Of a stretch of 32,000 bases of DNA, positions 1 through 8,717 are shown in pieces. The DNA comes from Thermoproteus tenax Kra 1 (GTDB lineage: Archaea; Thermoproteota; Thermoprotei; Thermoproteales; Thermoproteaceae), in contig NC_016070.1 of NCBI RefSeq assembly GCF_000253055.1, positions 360,001 through 392,000 on the forward strand, read 5' to 3'. The translations under genes and the position numbers were made by a program. The number at the start of each line of letters is the position of its first letter. Position 1 is the first letter of the stretch. Under the pieces are notes generated by a model. That model searched no databases and was not told the origin of the DNA. It saw only the letters and a program-made list of their open reading frames with translations.

Positions 1-1
1 C

Positions 2-196
2 TACGCGGACGTGAAGGACATAATGGATCTGACAAAGCCCACTCTGGAGAAGATAAGGCACTTCTTCGAGAGATACAAAGAGTTGGAGCCCGGCAAATGG
101 GTGAAGGCAAAGGGCTACCTAGGGGCGGAGGAGGCCAAGAAGTACATAATGGAGGCAGTAGAAAGGTTCAAGAGGTCTCAGGGCTCTACCCCGTGA
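2..196 (+). CDS. ppa: Inorganic pyrophosphatase, C-terminal fragment (5' end lies outside the window)
   Basis: The reading frame is open from the window edge. The tail ...IRHFFERYKELEPGKWVKAKGYLGAEEAKKYI... resembles the C-terminal helix region of family I pyrophosphatases, judged from memory. Confidence 0.55.
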   Translation, partial: YADVKDIMDLTKPTLEKIRHFFERYKELEPGKWVKAKGYLGAEEAKKYIMEAVERFKRSQGSTP

Positions 197-818
197 TCCG
201 GCCCCTCTCTATCCTTTTGATAGCTTGGGCGAATCTTACGTAGCTGGGGTTCGACTCGGCGATCAACGCCGCTGCGCCGGTAGTCGATATAAACTCTTTG
301 ACGACTCCGGCGAGGTCGTCCCTCATCTTGGGCGAGAGGCCCTCGAACACCTCGTCCAACAACACGGCGCTGGTCCCCACGACCATCGCGCGCGCCAGCG
401 CGACCATCTTCTGTTGGCCGCCCGACAACAGCCCGGCCCTCTTCTCCAAGAGCTCCCTCAACACCGGCATCAAGCTCAGGACCAGCTCCAGGCGGTCCTC
501 CCTCAGCTTGAGCGCCCTCAAGGGCAGGAGGATGTTCTCTCTCACCGTCAAATTGGGGAAAAGCCTCCTGTCCTCGGGCGAGAGGCCGAGCCCGAGCGCC
601 GCCCTCTCGTGCGGCTTGAGCCCGTCTATGGGCCTCCCGTCCAGCTCCACGCGGCCTTTATATTTTACCAAGCCCATGATGCTCCGCAGCGTCGTAGTTT
701 TGCCGGCGCCGTTGGGGCCGACGAGGGCTACGGCGGTTCCCCTCGGCACCTCGATGCTGACTCCTCTCAGTATCTCAGAGCCTCCCAGAACTACTCTGAG
801 GTCGTGCGCCTTGATCAT
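186..818 (-). CDS. livF: Branched-chain amino acid ABC transporter, ATP-binding protein (LivF type)
   Basis: Walker A GPNGAGKTT, ABC signature LSGGQQ and Walker B VLLDE are present. The start overlaps the stop of the upstream livG-like gene. It sits in an operon with two permeases and a binding protein. Confidence 0.85.
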   Translation of the reverse strand: MIKAHDLRVVLGGSEILRGVSIEVPRGTAVALVGPNGAGKTTTLRSIMGLVKYKGRVELDGRPIDGLKPHERAALGLGLSPEDRRLFPNLTVRENILLPLRALKLREDRLELVLSLMPVLRELLEKRAGLLSGGQQKMVALARAMVVGTSAVLLDEVFEGLSPKMRDDLAGVVKEFISTTGAAALIAESNPSYVRFAQAIKRIERGRITG

Positions 819-1516
819 ACCTCCACTCTGTCTGCGTCCTCCGGCTTGGCTACGGCGACGACCCTACCTTGAGCCATAACCAAGACTCTCGACGCGTATT
901 TTTTCACTATATCTAAGTCGTGCTCCACGAAGACCGCCGAGGCGCCGAGGCTCTTCAACGAGCTGGCCAGAGAGTCCATAATGCGGTATTTGTCGTCGGC
1001 GGCCACGGAGCTCGTCGGCTCGTCCAAAAGCATCAGCTTGGGGCGGCTGACCGCCGCAAGCGCTACGTCCAGAAGCTTCTTCTCGCCCTCCGACAGCTTC
1101 TCGAGGGAATACATCCTCTTCTCCCATAGGCCGAACAGCTCCAGCGTCTCCCTCACCTCCCGCTCCTCCACCCGCCTCAGAGAGATCCCCTTGGCCGCGG
1201 CCACTGCTATTGCGACGTTCTCGTAGACGGTCAAGCCCCAGAACGCCGATGGAAGTTGGAAGGAGCGGGCTATGCCGAGCCTCACCCTCCTCTGTGGAGG
1301 AAGGTTGGTTATCTCTCTGCCGAGGAAGAGGATCTTCCCCGAGTCCAGCCTAATGAACCCGGTCAGAGCGTTTATCAACGTGGTCTTGCCGGAGCCGTTG
1401 GGACCGACTATGGCCAAATACTCCCCCCTACGCACCTCTAAGTCTACGCCGTCCAACGCCCTCACTCCGCCGAACGACTTCCTCAGCCCAACCGCCTTGA
1501 GAATAACCTCCTCCAT
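815..1516 (-). CDS. livG: Branched-chain amino acid ABC transporter, ATP-binding protein (LivG type)
   Basis: Walker A GPNGSGKTT, signature LSEGEKK and Walker B MLLDEP are present. The N-terminus ILKAVGLRKSFGG is typical of LivG. Confidence 0.85.
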   Translation of the reverse strand: MEEVILKAVGLRKSFGGVRALDGVDLEVRRGEYLAIVGPNGSGKTTLINALTGFIRLDSGKILFLGREITNLPPQRRVRLGIARSFQLPSAFWGLTVYENVAIAVAAAKGISLRRVEEREVRETLELFGLWEKRMYSLEKLSEGEKKLLDVALAAVSRPKLMLLDEPTSSVAADDKYRIMDSLASSLKSLGASAVFVEHDLDIVKKYASRVLVMAQGRVVAVAKPEDADRVEV

Positions 1517-2391
1517 AGCGCCAACACGGCCAACAGAGTCGCCCCTATGACGAGCTCGGGCGATGCGAACTGGTACGAGTAGAGTCTGACTATCTGATAT
1601 ATCGCGGCCCCCGCCAAGAACCCGTACTTCCTGGACACAAGCGCGCCGATCAGAGAGGCGACCACGAGCTCCCCCGAAGTAGTCCAGTAGGCAAAGTCGG
1701 GGGTCACTATATTTGTGGCGTAGGCGACCAACGCGCCTCCCAACGCTGCGAACGTCGCAGCTACAGCGGTGCCCAGAGCGACGTTTAGTCTCGGGCTGGC
1801 GCCCAGAGCTACTGCTCTGAGCTCGTTGATCCTTATGCCCGCCGCTATTCTGCCCATCCTCGTCTCAGGGAAGGCGGAGGAGAAGTAGAGCGCCGCTAGA
1901 ACCAACGCGGCTGCGACTAGGTAGAGTTGCGGCGTGTGCAACGTTGTGCCGGCCAGCTGCGGCGGAGGGAGCACTATTCCGTTGCTCCCGCCAGTTATAT
2001 CGTAGAACTTGACCAAGGCGCCGTAGATCACCATGGACAACGAAAGGTTGGCCAGAGCGTAGTATATGCCCCTCAAATGGCCGAGGGCAAGGCCTATGGC
2101 GAGGCCCAAGAGCGCGCCGGACGCCAGAGCCAGAGGAACGCCGACTGCCACATCGGCGTTTCCGAGGAACCTATACGCAAGGCCCACTGCGTATGCGCCG
2201 ACTGCGTAGTACATGGCAACTCCGAAGTTCACTAGGCCGTACTCCAACAGTATAGATGACGCCAAGACCGTCAGACTCCACGCCATTACGTAGACCGCCT
2301 CGTACCTCAAGAACTGGCCAGAGCCGAAGTATATCGCCGCCAGGATGGCCGCTACAGCGACTAGGTGGAGCTGTCTAAATAGACCTCGCAT
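1483..2391 (-). CDS. livM: Branched-chain amino acid ABC transporter permease (LivM type)
   Basis: 302-aa polytopic hydrophobic protein located between livH-like and livG-like genes, with overlapping gene ends. Confidence 0.8.
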   Translation of the reverse strand: MRGLFRQLHLVAVAAILAAIYFGSGQFLRYEAVYVMAWSLTVLASSILLEYGLVNFGVAMYYAVGAYAVGLAYRFLGNADVAVGVPLALASGALLGLAIGLALGHLRGIYYALANLSLSMVIYGALVKFYDITGGSNGIVLPPPQLAGTTLHTPQLYLVAAALVLAALYFSSAFPETRMGRIAAGIRINELRAVALGASPRLNVALGTAVAATFAALGGALVAYATNIVTPDFAYWTTSGELVVASLIGALVSRKYGFLAGAAIYQIVRLYSYQFASPELVIGATLLAVLALWRRLFSRRLG

Positions 2392-3217
2392 GTCTGACGA
2401 AGAGCCCCTTGGGTCTAAGGATGAGCACGGCCAGCACTATCAGATAGAGGATCACTAGCTCCAGCCTGGGGTAGAAGAAGACGACGGCAGTTCTGACCAA
2501 CGACACGAGGGCAGACGCCGCGACGATGCCCCAGACGCTGTCCAGACCGCCTATGACGATCACCGCGAACGCGTAGGGGAGAACCTCGGCGGATATGCCC
2601 AGGCTGAAGGACTGCCACATGGAGGCCAGAGCGCCGCCCGCCGTCGCCAACACTATCCCTATCATGACTAGGACTGCCTCCACCACTCTCACGTTGACGC
2701 CGAGCGACTCGGCCATCTCTTTGTCGTCCAACATGGCGCGGGAGTAGACGCCCAACGTTGTCCTATACAACATAAACGCAAAAAGCGCTAGGGCGAGGAG
2801 GACGGCGGCCGCGGTTATTAAGTAGGCCGCCGGCACAGGCCCGGCCGAGCCCAGAGCGGCGGCGTAACTCGCCGTTGTGTACAAACCTGAGCCGAAGAGA
2901 TATTTGTAAATGCCCTCCATTATGAGGAGGAGAGCGTATGTCGCCACTATCTGCTCCAGTTCTCCCGAGGCCAGGCTCTTCACGTAGAGATAGAACAGGA
3001 GGGAGGCGGGCACGGCGACGGCTACGGCCAGAGCCACGGCGCCGAGGCCCCACATGCCGGCGAAATATGACGCAAGGAAGCCGCCCAGAGCAAAAAAGGA
3101 GCCGTGGGCCAAGTTCAACACGCGGGTTGAGCCGTATACTATGACTAGGCCGAGAGAGAGCGTGGTTAAATTTATCCAGAAAATAAGGACGGGGACTAGG
3201 AAATCCGCTATGTTCAT
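2375..3217 (-). CDS. livH: Branched-chain amino acid ABC transporter permease (LivH type)
   Basis: Hydrophobic permease. I moved the start to the ATG at 3215-3217 (MNIADFLVPVL...), which forms an ATGA overlap with the binding-protein stop at 3214-3216. The longer track ORF (to 3439) overlaps the upstream gene and its extra residues are Arg-rich nonsense. Confidence 0.8.
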   Translation of the reverse strand: MNIADFLVPVLIFWINLTTLSLGLVIVYGSTRVLNLAHGSFFALGGFLASYFAGMWGLGAVALAVAVAVPASLLFYLYVKSLASGELEQIVATYALLLIMEGIYKYLFGSGLYTTASYAAALGSAGPVPAAYLITAAAVLLALALFAFMLYRTTLGVYSRAMLDDKEMAESLGVNVRVVEAVLVMIGIVLATAGGALASMWQSFSLGISAEVLPYAFAVIVIGGLDSVWGIVAASALVSLVRTAVVFFYPRLELVILYLIVLAVLILRPKGLFVRHARSI

Positions 3218-4533
3218 GCAGTCTTGATGTACTGATACCACTGGGAGCTTGTGTAGCCGTAGGGCGGATTCACCTCCGAGGGGTCGTAGTACTTTATGTT
3301 GACCAACTCCCCGCCGCTCGACATGCCCACTACGGAGCCGCACATGGCGTTGTGGTTCGGAGTCATGACCACGTAGCCGCCGGGAGTGGCGAAGGCCAGC
3401 CTCTCTAGAGCTTTGACTACGGCGTTGAGGTCGGGCCACTCTACGTTCTCCACAGCCGCCGCGGCCTCGTAGGCGGCCTTGAGGGCCAATACCGCGTTGG
3501 CCATGTGGTAGGCGGGATAGCTCGGCACGTCTCCGTAGAGGGACTTATACTTAGTTATGAAGTCGTTGTTCATGGGGTAGTACCTCGGGCTGGGGAACGC
3601 GTGATAGTTGGGACCCTGCACTATCTGGCCGTCGGGCATTCCGTACTGAAGCCCGAACTCGCCTCTGGCGAACGCCACTTTGACAGATTTAAATAGGCCC
3701 ATGGAGGTGCCCTGCTTTATCAGATTCACTAGGTCGGGCCCCCAGAACGACGTGTGCAACAAGTCGGGCTTGAGGCTCAAGATCTTTGATATCTGCGCCG
3801 AATAGTCGCTGGTGAACAGCGGCGTAAATAGTTCGTCCAATATCTGTACGTCCGGCTTAAGAGCCAACAACGTGGTCTTGAAGTCGTTCCACTCATCGTG
3901 GCCGTATGCGTAGTCCTGATTGAGGCCTACTACGGTCTTTATATTGGGCATGTTCTCCACTACGTACCTCGCCAGCGAGGCGCCGTCGGTCACAGTAGTC
4001 CCCGCAGGTCTGAAGACCACCTTCTTCATCATGTTGTTGTCCACCAACTGCTTGGTGGCACAGTCAAAGAACAGAGTTAGGACTTGGCCTATCTCCTCCG
4101 CCACTGGCGCTACGGCGAGACAGTCGGCGCTGGATATCAAGCCTATATATGCGTCGACGCCCTCTTGTTCCACGAGCTGTCTGTACAGGGTTACCATCTT
4201 GTCCGGGCCTCCGCTCTCGTCTCTGACGTCCAGTTGGATCTGGGCGCCGAGTATTCCGCCCGAGGCGTTTATTTGGTCCACCAACATCTTGGCGGCATTT
4301 ATGGCGGGTATTCCGAAGACTGAGGCGGGCCCCGTCTGGAAGCTCACCACAGCGAGCTTGAAGGTCGTCTTCTTGGCCACAGCTGTGGTCGTAGTACCTG
4401 TCGTCCCGGCCGTAGTAGAGGCAGTTGCAGGCTGTTGTTGCCCCTTGGGCATCAACGATCCGGCCAAAAACCCCACCCCCAGGCCCATTACGAGCGACGC
4501 CCCTATCTTTAACGCATCTCTTCTGGAGACCAT
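3214..4533 (-). CDS. Periplasmic-type substrate-binding protein of the Liv ABC system (LivK/LivJ family), secreted or membrane-anchored
   Basis: 439 aa. The N-terminus MVSRRDALKIGASLVMGLGVGFLAG is a twin-arginine-like signal plus hydrophobic segment. It is followed by a Thr-rich linker (TASTTAGTTGTTTTA) and then a type-I periplasmic-binding-fold-like body. It is the first gene of the liv operon. Confidence 0.8.
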   Translation of the reverse strand: MVSRRDALKIGASLVMGLGVGFLAGSLMPKGQQQPATASTTAGTTGTTTTAVAKKTTFKLAVVSFQTGPASVFGIPAINAAKMLVDQINASGGILGAQIQLDVRDESGGPDKMVTLYRQLVEQEGVDAYIGLISSADCLAVAPVAEEIGQVLTLFFDCATKQLVDNNMMKKVVFRPAGTTVTDGASLARYVVENMPNIKTVVGLNQDYAYGHDEWNDFKTTLLALKPDVQILDELFTPLFTSDYSAQISKILSLKPDLLHTSFWGPDLVNLIKQGTSMGLFKSVKVAFARGEFGLQYGMPDGQIVQGPNYHAFPSPRYYPMNNDFITKYKSLYGDVPSYPAYHMANAVLALKAAYEAAAAVENVEWPDLNAVVKALERLAFATPGGYVVMTPNHNAMCGSVVGMSSGGELVNIKYYDPSEVNPPYGYTSSQWYQYIKTA

Positions 4534-4608
4534 AATAGCCGAATTGAGAACTTATTTAAAATTAATTTTAAATTATAAAAAAGAAAATTTATAATTATTT
4601 TTAAAGTT

Positions 4609-4938
4609 TCAGAAGACTAGCGGGATGTAGCCCGCGTTGACGTATAGGGCGATCCTCTCGCCGGCTGGCAACAATTTGACAAGCTTGGACAGCTCTCCGT
4701 CGATCCCCTTGGCCTTCGCATAGTTCACACACGCCGAGTCGATCGCCCCGGTCGCGTTAAGTTTGTCGAAGAACTCTTTGACTTGTCCTTGAAGCTTCAA
4801 CAGCCTCTCCTGGCTAGGCCCGAAGAACACGATCTTCAAGTCCTCGTACCTCCGCGCCTCCACAGACCTCGAGGCTAGGGTCAACGCTAGGTCGGCCCTC
4901 TCGTCTCCGCTCATTATCACGAACAGGACCTTCGCCAT
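4609..4938 (-). CDS. Small DsrE/DsrF-fold protein (putative sulfur-relay protein)
   Basis: 109 aa. The N-terminus KVLFVIMSGD... suggests a Rossmann-like strand. A single conserved-position Cys occurs in ...GAIDSACVNYAKAKGI, matching the pattern seen in the other DsrE-like ORFs here. Confidence 0.5.
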   Translation of the reverse strand: MAKVLFVIMSGDERADLALTLASRSVEARRYEDLKIVFFGPSQERLLKLQGQVKEFFDKLNATGAIDSACVNYAKAKGIDGELSKLVKLLPAGERIALYVNAGYIPLVF

Positions 4939-4969
4939 GTGGCCTACGACTTGCCCTTTTTAACTCTTT

Positions 4970-5182
4970 TCAGCCGAGACCTCGCCTGAGCCTGCCGCCG
5001 CCTGCGGCGTCTTGGTTCTTAGTCCACTTAGACAAAAACTGTCTATAACACTCCTTGGAGCAGAACACCCAAGGTTTGTTGACGCAACAGGTCTTGACAA
5101 CAATGCCGGGGCCGTTGATGAGCTTACCGCAGTTGGAGCACCTCGATACAGCGGGCCTCTGCACCTTCAGCTCGAAGGGCAT
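4970..5182 (-). CDS. Small TRASH-type zinc/metal-binding domain protein
   Basis: 70 aa with CSNC-x22-CSKEC, which fits the TRASH pattern C-x2-C-x19-22-C-x3-C. The C-terminal tail is basic. Confidence 0.5.
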   Translation of the reverse strand: MPFELKVQRPAVSRCSNCGKLINGPGIVVKTCCVNKPWVFCSKECYRQFLSKWTKNQDAAGGGRLRRGLG

Positions 5183-5229
5183 AGAAAGACCCCGTCCTTC
5201 ATATAAAAGTATTATTGATAAGCGATAAA

Positions 5230-6072
5230 TTATTTATTGACGGCGTTCGCCAGATAGACGCCGGCTATCGCCAAGGCCATCCCCGCCATCTGGAGATTCG
5301 TCAGAGCCTCGCCCAGCGCTATCCAGGATAGAGCGCTAGTTATTGCAGGCAAGAGGGGCAACATATAGGCGGCGGAGGGCCCCATTGATTCGACCGCCGA
5401 GTTCCACGAGGCGTAGGCCAGAGCCCCCGGCACAACCGCTATATAGACCACTAGCGGCGCGAGGCTGAGGGGTATGGCTAGGTCGTCTATAGGCAGCGTC
5501 AAGGCCATTGCGGCTGTGCCCAGGAGGGAGGACCAGGCCATGGCCTCCACAGGTCTGTATCTCTTGTACAGCCCCCCGACCCGGAGCGTGTAGAGCGACC
5601 ACGAGACGGCGGAGCCGAGGGCCAGGAGCGCCCCCGGCGCCTCGCCAGACCCCCTCGGCGCCAGGATCAGATAGGCGCCCAAGACCGACAGTGCGACTCC
5701 CAGAGACCTCACGGGCTTTGCCCTCTCGGCCCCCAAGGCGACTCCAAGAATATAGGTGATCGGGCTCGAGAAGATCACAAAGAGCGAGGCGGTCGCGGCA
5801 TCTATGAAGTGTAGCGAGGAGTACAAAAGGGCGTTGAAGAGCGCCACCCCCAATAAGCCGGAGATCGCTAAATCTTTCAACTGCCCCTTGTACTTGGGGA
5901 GACCGGCCATCAAGAAGAGGATAGGCGTCGCTATAGCGAAGCGGATAAACGTGAGCCCGAGGGGGTCTACGCCGGCCGTCCCCAGGGCTCTGCCGACGAG
6001 GTAGTTTGTGCTCCACGCAACGACGGAGAAAAGGCTGTAGCCGACCCCCTTGAGGTCAGTGCGGCGTGCCAC
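5230..6072 (-). CDS. EamA/DMT-superfamily transporter
   Basis: 280 aa with about 10 hydrophobic segments arranged as two similar halves, typical of the drug/metabolite transporter family. Confidence 0.8.
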   Translation of the reverse strand: MARRTDLKGVGYSLFSVVAWSTNYLVGRALGTAGVDPLGLTFIRFAIATPILFLMAGLPKYKGQLKDLAISGLLGVALFNALLYSSLHFIDAATASLFVIFSSPITYILGVALGAERAKPVRSLGVALSVLGAYLILAPRGSGEAPGALLALGSAVSWSLYTLRVGGLYKRYRPVEAMAWSSLLGTAAMALTLPIDDLAIPLSLAPLVVYIAVVPGALAYASWNSAVESMGPSAAYMLPLLPAITSALSWIALGEALTNLQMAGMALAIAGVYLANAVNK

Positions 6073-6097
6073 TGGTCGTTTCAGATATGAATTAAAA

Positions 6098-6553
6098 TTA
6101 GATGTACATCACTATCCCTCCGTAGACCTCCTCTAGGAACGAGGCTGCCCCAACTATGTCATCTACTATGTCCACTAGGTCCTCCTTTCTTACCTTGTAC
6201 AGCTCGGCTGCGAGCGGACACGCGTATATTTTGAATCTGTCCGGATATTCTGTTTTCAACTCTTTCAGGAACGTGTACCAGTCCTTGATCTTTCCTTTGT
6301 TGATGGCCTCTTTCAAGCTGTTCAAGTATACCTCAACGTGGGGCAGGTAGAGCTGAGGGCTCATAGTGACGTCGAGAGTTGTGGAGTTGAGCTTGGGCAA
6401 TACGTCCTTCCTAAACGCCACCAGCCCCTCGTTCACCAAGTGGACTCTTACGTCCCACCCCGAGGCGAGGGCGGCGGCTCCGTAGACGGCCAGACAACAG
6501 ATTCTATTCGCAACGCCGCTCGCGAAGACTATCCCCAACTTTCTTCTCTCCAT
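6098..6553 (-). CDS. DsrE-fold protein of the longer DsrE3/'peroxiredoxin-like' type
   Basis: 151 aa. It is a paralog of the 15150-15584 product: KLGIVFASG / KLAIIAWSG, ASGWDV / ASGWEV, KIYACPLAAELY / TIYACSTTMELF and VGAASFLEE / VGAATFLEK align. The Cys is conserved. Confidence 0.55.
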   Translation of the reverse strand: MERRKLGIVFASGVANRICCLAVYGAAALASGWDVRVHLVNEGLVAFRKDVLPKLNSTTLDVTMSPQLYLPHVEVYLNSLKEAINKGKIKDWYTFLKELKTEYPDRFKIYACPLAAELYKVRKEDLVDIVDDIVGAASFLEEVYGGIVMYI

Positions 6554-6598
6554 GGCCTATTCTCGTGATTGAGCTTTATAGAGTCGTTTAAGTGCATT

Positions 6599-7339
6599 TT
6601 ATGCACGAGCGGCCCCGCGCCTCAATAGGAGGGAGACCACGTATTGGGCAAGTGGGCCGATCCTGCCCCTGGGCGCCGTCAAATGGGGCACTCCTAGCTC
6701 CCTCAGCGCCCTAGATACGGCGGGGCCGGCCGCCACAACTATCTTCCCCTTGAGGAGCTCAACGGCATCTTCGCCGCCCACCTCGGCGAAAAATCTCACT
6801 GCCAACGCGCTGGCGAAGACCACTGCGTCAGCTCCCAGCGCCCGATCCACGGTCTCCCTCGGCGGAGGCCTCGCCGTGTACGGCTGGAACTCGAACGCCT
6901 CGCATTTAACCTTCGAGAGCAGATCGGGGTCCCTCCAGCCGTAGTGGAATACTGCAGCGCGCCGGCAGGCCAGAGGCTGTAGCTCCTCCGCCGAGCTGGC
7001 CACAACTTTGGGGGCTGTCCCAAAGGCGTTCTTTATCATTATAGCGCCCTTCTCGCCCTCTATTGTGGCCACCGTGAGATTGGCCAGAAGCCGCGAGGCC
7101 TCCCCCAGAAGACCCGCCTCCTTCAACACCTGAGCGATTCTATACGCGGCGGAGCCTGTGGCGAAGAGGGCCAGGTCGGACTCGCGCAGAGCGGAGATCA
7201 CGGCGTAGGGGTCGATGGGCGCAGGCTCTATCGTCACCATTGGCGCCTCGATGACCTCAACGCCGTATCTTGCCGCAAGCGCGCGAAATGCCTCGACAGC
7301 CCTCGGCGCTGTCACAGCTACTGATACCACGTATTTCAT
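6599..7339 (-). CDS. hemD: Uroporphyrinogen-III synthase (HemD family)
   Basis: 246 aa two-lobed alpha/beta-like sequence (...VTAPRAVEAFR...VEVIEAPMVTIEP...VVFASALAVRFF...) consistent with HemD. A cobA-type methyltransferase and dsrN lie in the same window. Confidence 0.6.
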   Translation of the reverse strand: MKYVVSVAVTAPRAVEAFRALAARYGVEVIEAPMVTIEPAPIDPYAVISALRESDLALFATGSAAYRIAQVLKEAGLLGEASRLLANLTVATIEGEKGAIMIKNAFGTAPKVVASSAEELQPLACRRAAVFHYGWRDPDLLSKVKCEAFEFQPYTARPPPRETVDRALGADAVVFASALAVRFFAEVGGEDAVELLKGKIVVAAGPAVSRALRELGVPHLTAPRGRIGPLAQYVVSLLLRRGAARA

Positions 7340-7496
7340 GAATAGAGTATTAATATAGTGGCCGCCGCTCTTGAGGGCTCAAGCCTCTATAAATAAATAA
7401 TTTTATTGGATTATATTTATAAAAATAGATTTAGTTATCTACATTCTATCGCGGAAGCCGTAGGTGACGGATAAATAGGGAAGACGGGACGTTGTC

Positions 7497-7982
7497 ATGC
7501 CGCTAAAAGTAGGAGACAAGGCCCCGGACTTCGAACTATTGAACGAGGAGCTCAAGCCAGTGAGGCTCTCCAACGTGCTAAAGGAGGGGAGACCGGTGAT
7601 ACTGCTGTTCTTCCCCGGCGCGTTCACATCGGTCTGCACAAAGGAGCTCTGCACATTCAGAGACAAGATGGCTCTCTTGAACAAGGCCAATGCGGCCGTG
7701 ATCGGCGTCTCGGTCGACAGCCCCTTCGCGCTGAAGGCGTTCAAGGACGCCAACAGGCTGAACTTCCCGCTGCTCTCAGACTTCAATAGGACGGTCATAG
7801 GCATGTACGACGTAGTGCAAGCCAATCTCCTCGGGTTGCCCCTCTACCACTTGGCTAAACGCGCAGTCTATATCATAGACTCCACGGGCACTATCAGATA
7901 CGTCTGGTACAGCGACAATCCCCTCGACGAGCCGCCCTACGACGAGGTCATAAAGGAGGCTGAGAAGATAGCCCAGAAATAA
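7497..7982 (+). CDS. bcp: Peroxiredoxin (AhpC/TSA, Bcp-like)
   Basis: The N-terminus VGDKAPDFEL and active site FFPGAFTSVCTKELCTF (peroxidatic Cys plus nearby resolving Cys) are present. A TATA-like GATAAATAGG sits about 27 nt upstream, and a T5 run follows the stop. Confidence 0.85.
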   Translation: MPLKVGDKAPDFELLNEELKPVRLSNVLKEGRPVILLFFPGAFTSVCTKELCTFRDKMALLNKANAAVIGVSVDSPFALKAFKDANRLNFPLLSDFNRTVIGMYDVVQANLLGLPLYHLAKRAVYIIDSTGTIRYVWYSDNPLDEPPYDEVIKEAEKIAQK

Positions 7983-8019
7983 CGGTTTTTATCGGGCCTA
8001 CCCCTTAGTCGTCGCCAGT

Positions 8020-8223
8020 CTACAAGACGAGCGGAACCTTTGCCCTCCTCATGAGCTCTCTAAAGTCGTCGAGGTCTAGCCCGCTTATCTGCTGCGCCCT
8101 CCTCAAGTCGCCTGTCTCGATGTAGTACATAAGGGCAGCCCTAAGCCTTGGGGATAGGCTCTCTATGAACTGCCAGTCTGCGTACCTCCTCCTGAGCTCT
8201 CTAGCCTCCTCCTCAGACTCCAT
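8020..8223 (-). CDS. UPF0175-family antitoxin-like protein, orphan second copy
   Basis: 67 aa paralog of 8717-8950 (EEARELRRRYADWQFIE identical, then ...LRAAL.YY.ETGD...). Its 5' end is overlapped by the PIN ORF tail. No toxin gene follows. Confidence 0.55.
   Translation of the reverse strand: MESEEEARELRRRYADWQFIESLSPRLRAALMYYIETGDLRRAQQISGLDLDDFRELMRRAKVPLVL
8160..8211. repeat. 52-nt perfect direct repeat, copy 1 (5' part of the orphan antitoxin gene)
   Basis: Identical to 8857-8908 (cctctatgaactgccagtctgcgtacctcctcctgagctctctagcctcctc). Confidence 0.9.
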
Positions 8224-8717
8224 ACATATTCCCAGTCTCTCCTCCTAAATAAGTGTAGCGTCTCCCGCTCGTATCGCCTCAGCTCCTCCTCTATGTCTTG
8301 CACTAGACCTCTTCTCCAGCCCTCGACTAAGACCTCGAAGGCCCGCCAGACTGTTACGTTGAGGTTTAATGTCTGTGGCGCGAAGTAGGCGCCGCCGTTC
8401 TCTGTAAGCACTATGTAGCCGTAGATCAGTCCAGCGGCTAGACACACCGCCTCTGGGTAATCCACCGCCTTAAGCGGCCTTCTTCTGCTGGCGGCCATGA
8501 GCTCCCTCGCCCTAGCCTCCACCTCAGAGGTCTCAGTGAAGAGGGCGAGGGCGCCCTCGGCGAGTTTCTCCGCAACCCAGTCCACGGCCGGCGGATATTT
8601 TATCTCCCTAAGCACCGACTCCGGTATATGGACGACGTCGAAGAGGCGGAACAACAGATCTCGGCCTCCGTATCTGCCCCAATCTATTAGGAAGGAAGCA
8701 TCCGCTATCGCCTCCAT
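8163..8717 (-). CDS. PIN-like nuclease domain protein (DUF3368-type toxin candidate)
   Basis: The N-terminus AIADASFLIDWGRYGGRDLLFRLFDVVHIPESVLREI matches the DUF3368/PIN pattern. The start overlaps the upstream antitoxin stop (TAATG). The C-terminal ~20 aa run out of frame through the duplicated antitoxin sequence. Confidence 0.55.
   Translation of the reverse strand: MEAIADASFLIDWGRYGGRDLLFRLFDVVHIPESVLREIKYPPAVDWVAEKLAEGALALFTETSEVEARARELMAASRRRPLKAVDYPEAVCLAAGLIYGYIVLTENGGAYFAPQTLNLNVTVWRAFEVLVEGWRRGLVQDIEEELRRYERETLHLFRRRDWEYVWSLRRRLESSGGGTQTGSS

Noticed and set aside
225-2235. Long antisense or alternative-frame ORFs across the liv ATPase and permease genes (e.g. 225-872, 298-879, 981-1226, 1272-1550, 1927-2235).
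   Set aside because: Their products are low-complexity and rich in Arg, Pro and Ser. They overlap genes with clear ABC motifs on the other strand. This is typical of stop-poor shadow frames in GC-rich coding DNA.
3218-3439. N-terminal 74-aa extension of the livH ORF in the track (start at 3439).
   Set aside because: The extension lies entirely inside the binding-protein gene and is Arg/His-rich and non-hydrophobic. The ATG at 3215-3217 gives the ATGA coupling seen elsewhere in the window.
7370-7383. Palindrome CTTGAG-GG-CTCAAG followed by CTATAAATAAATAA in the hemD/peroxiredoxin divergent spacer. I considered it a possible operator or an orphan promoter for an unannotated RNA.
   Set aside because: It is a single occurrence with no downstream ORF or GC-rich RNA-like segment. 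The peroxiredoxin has its own TATA-like box nearer its ATG.
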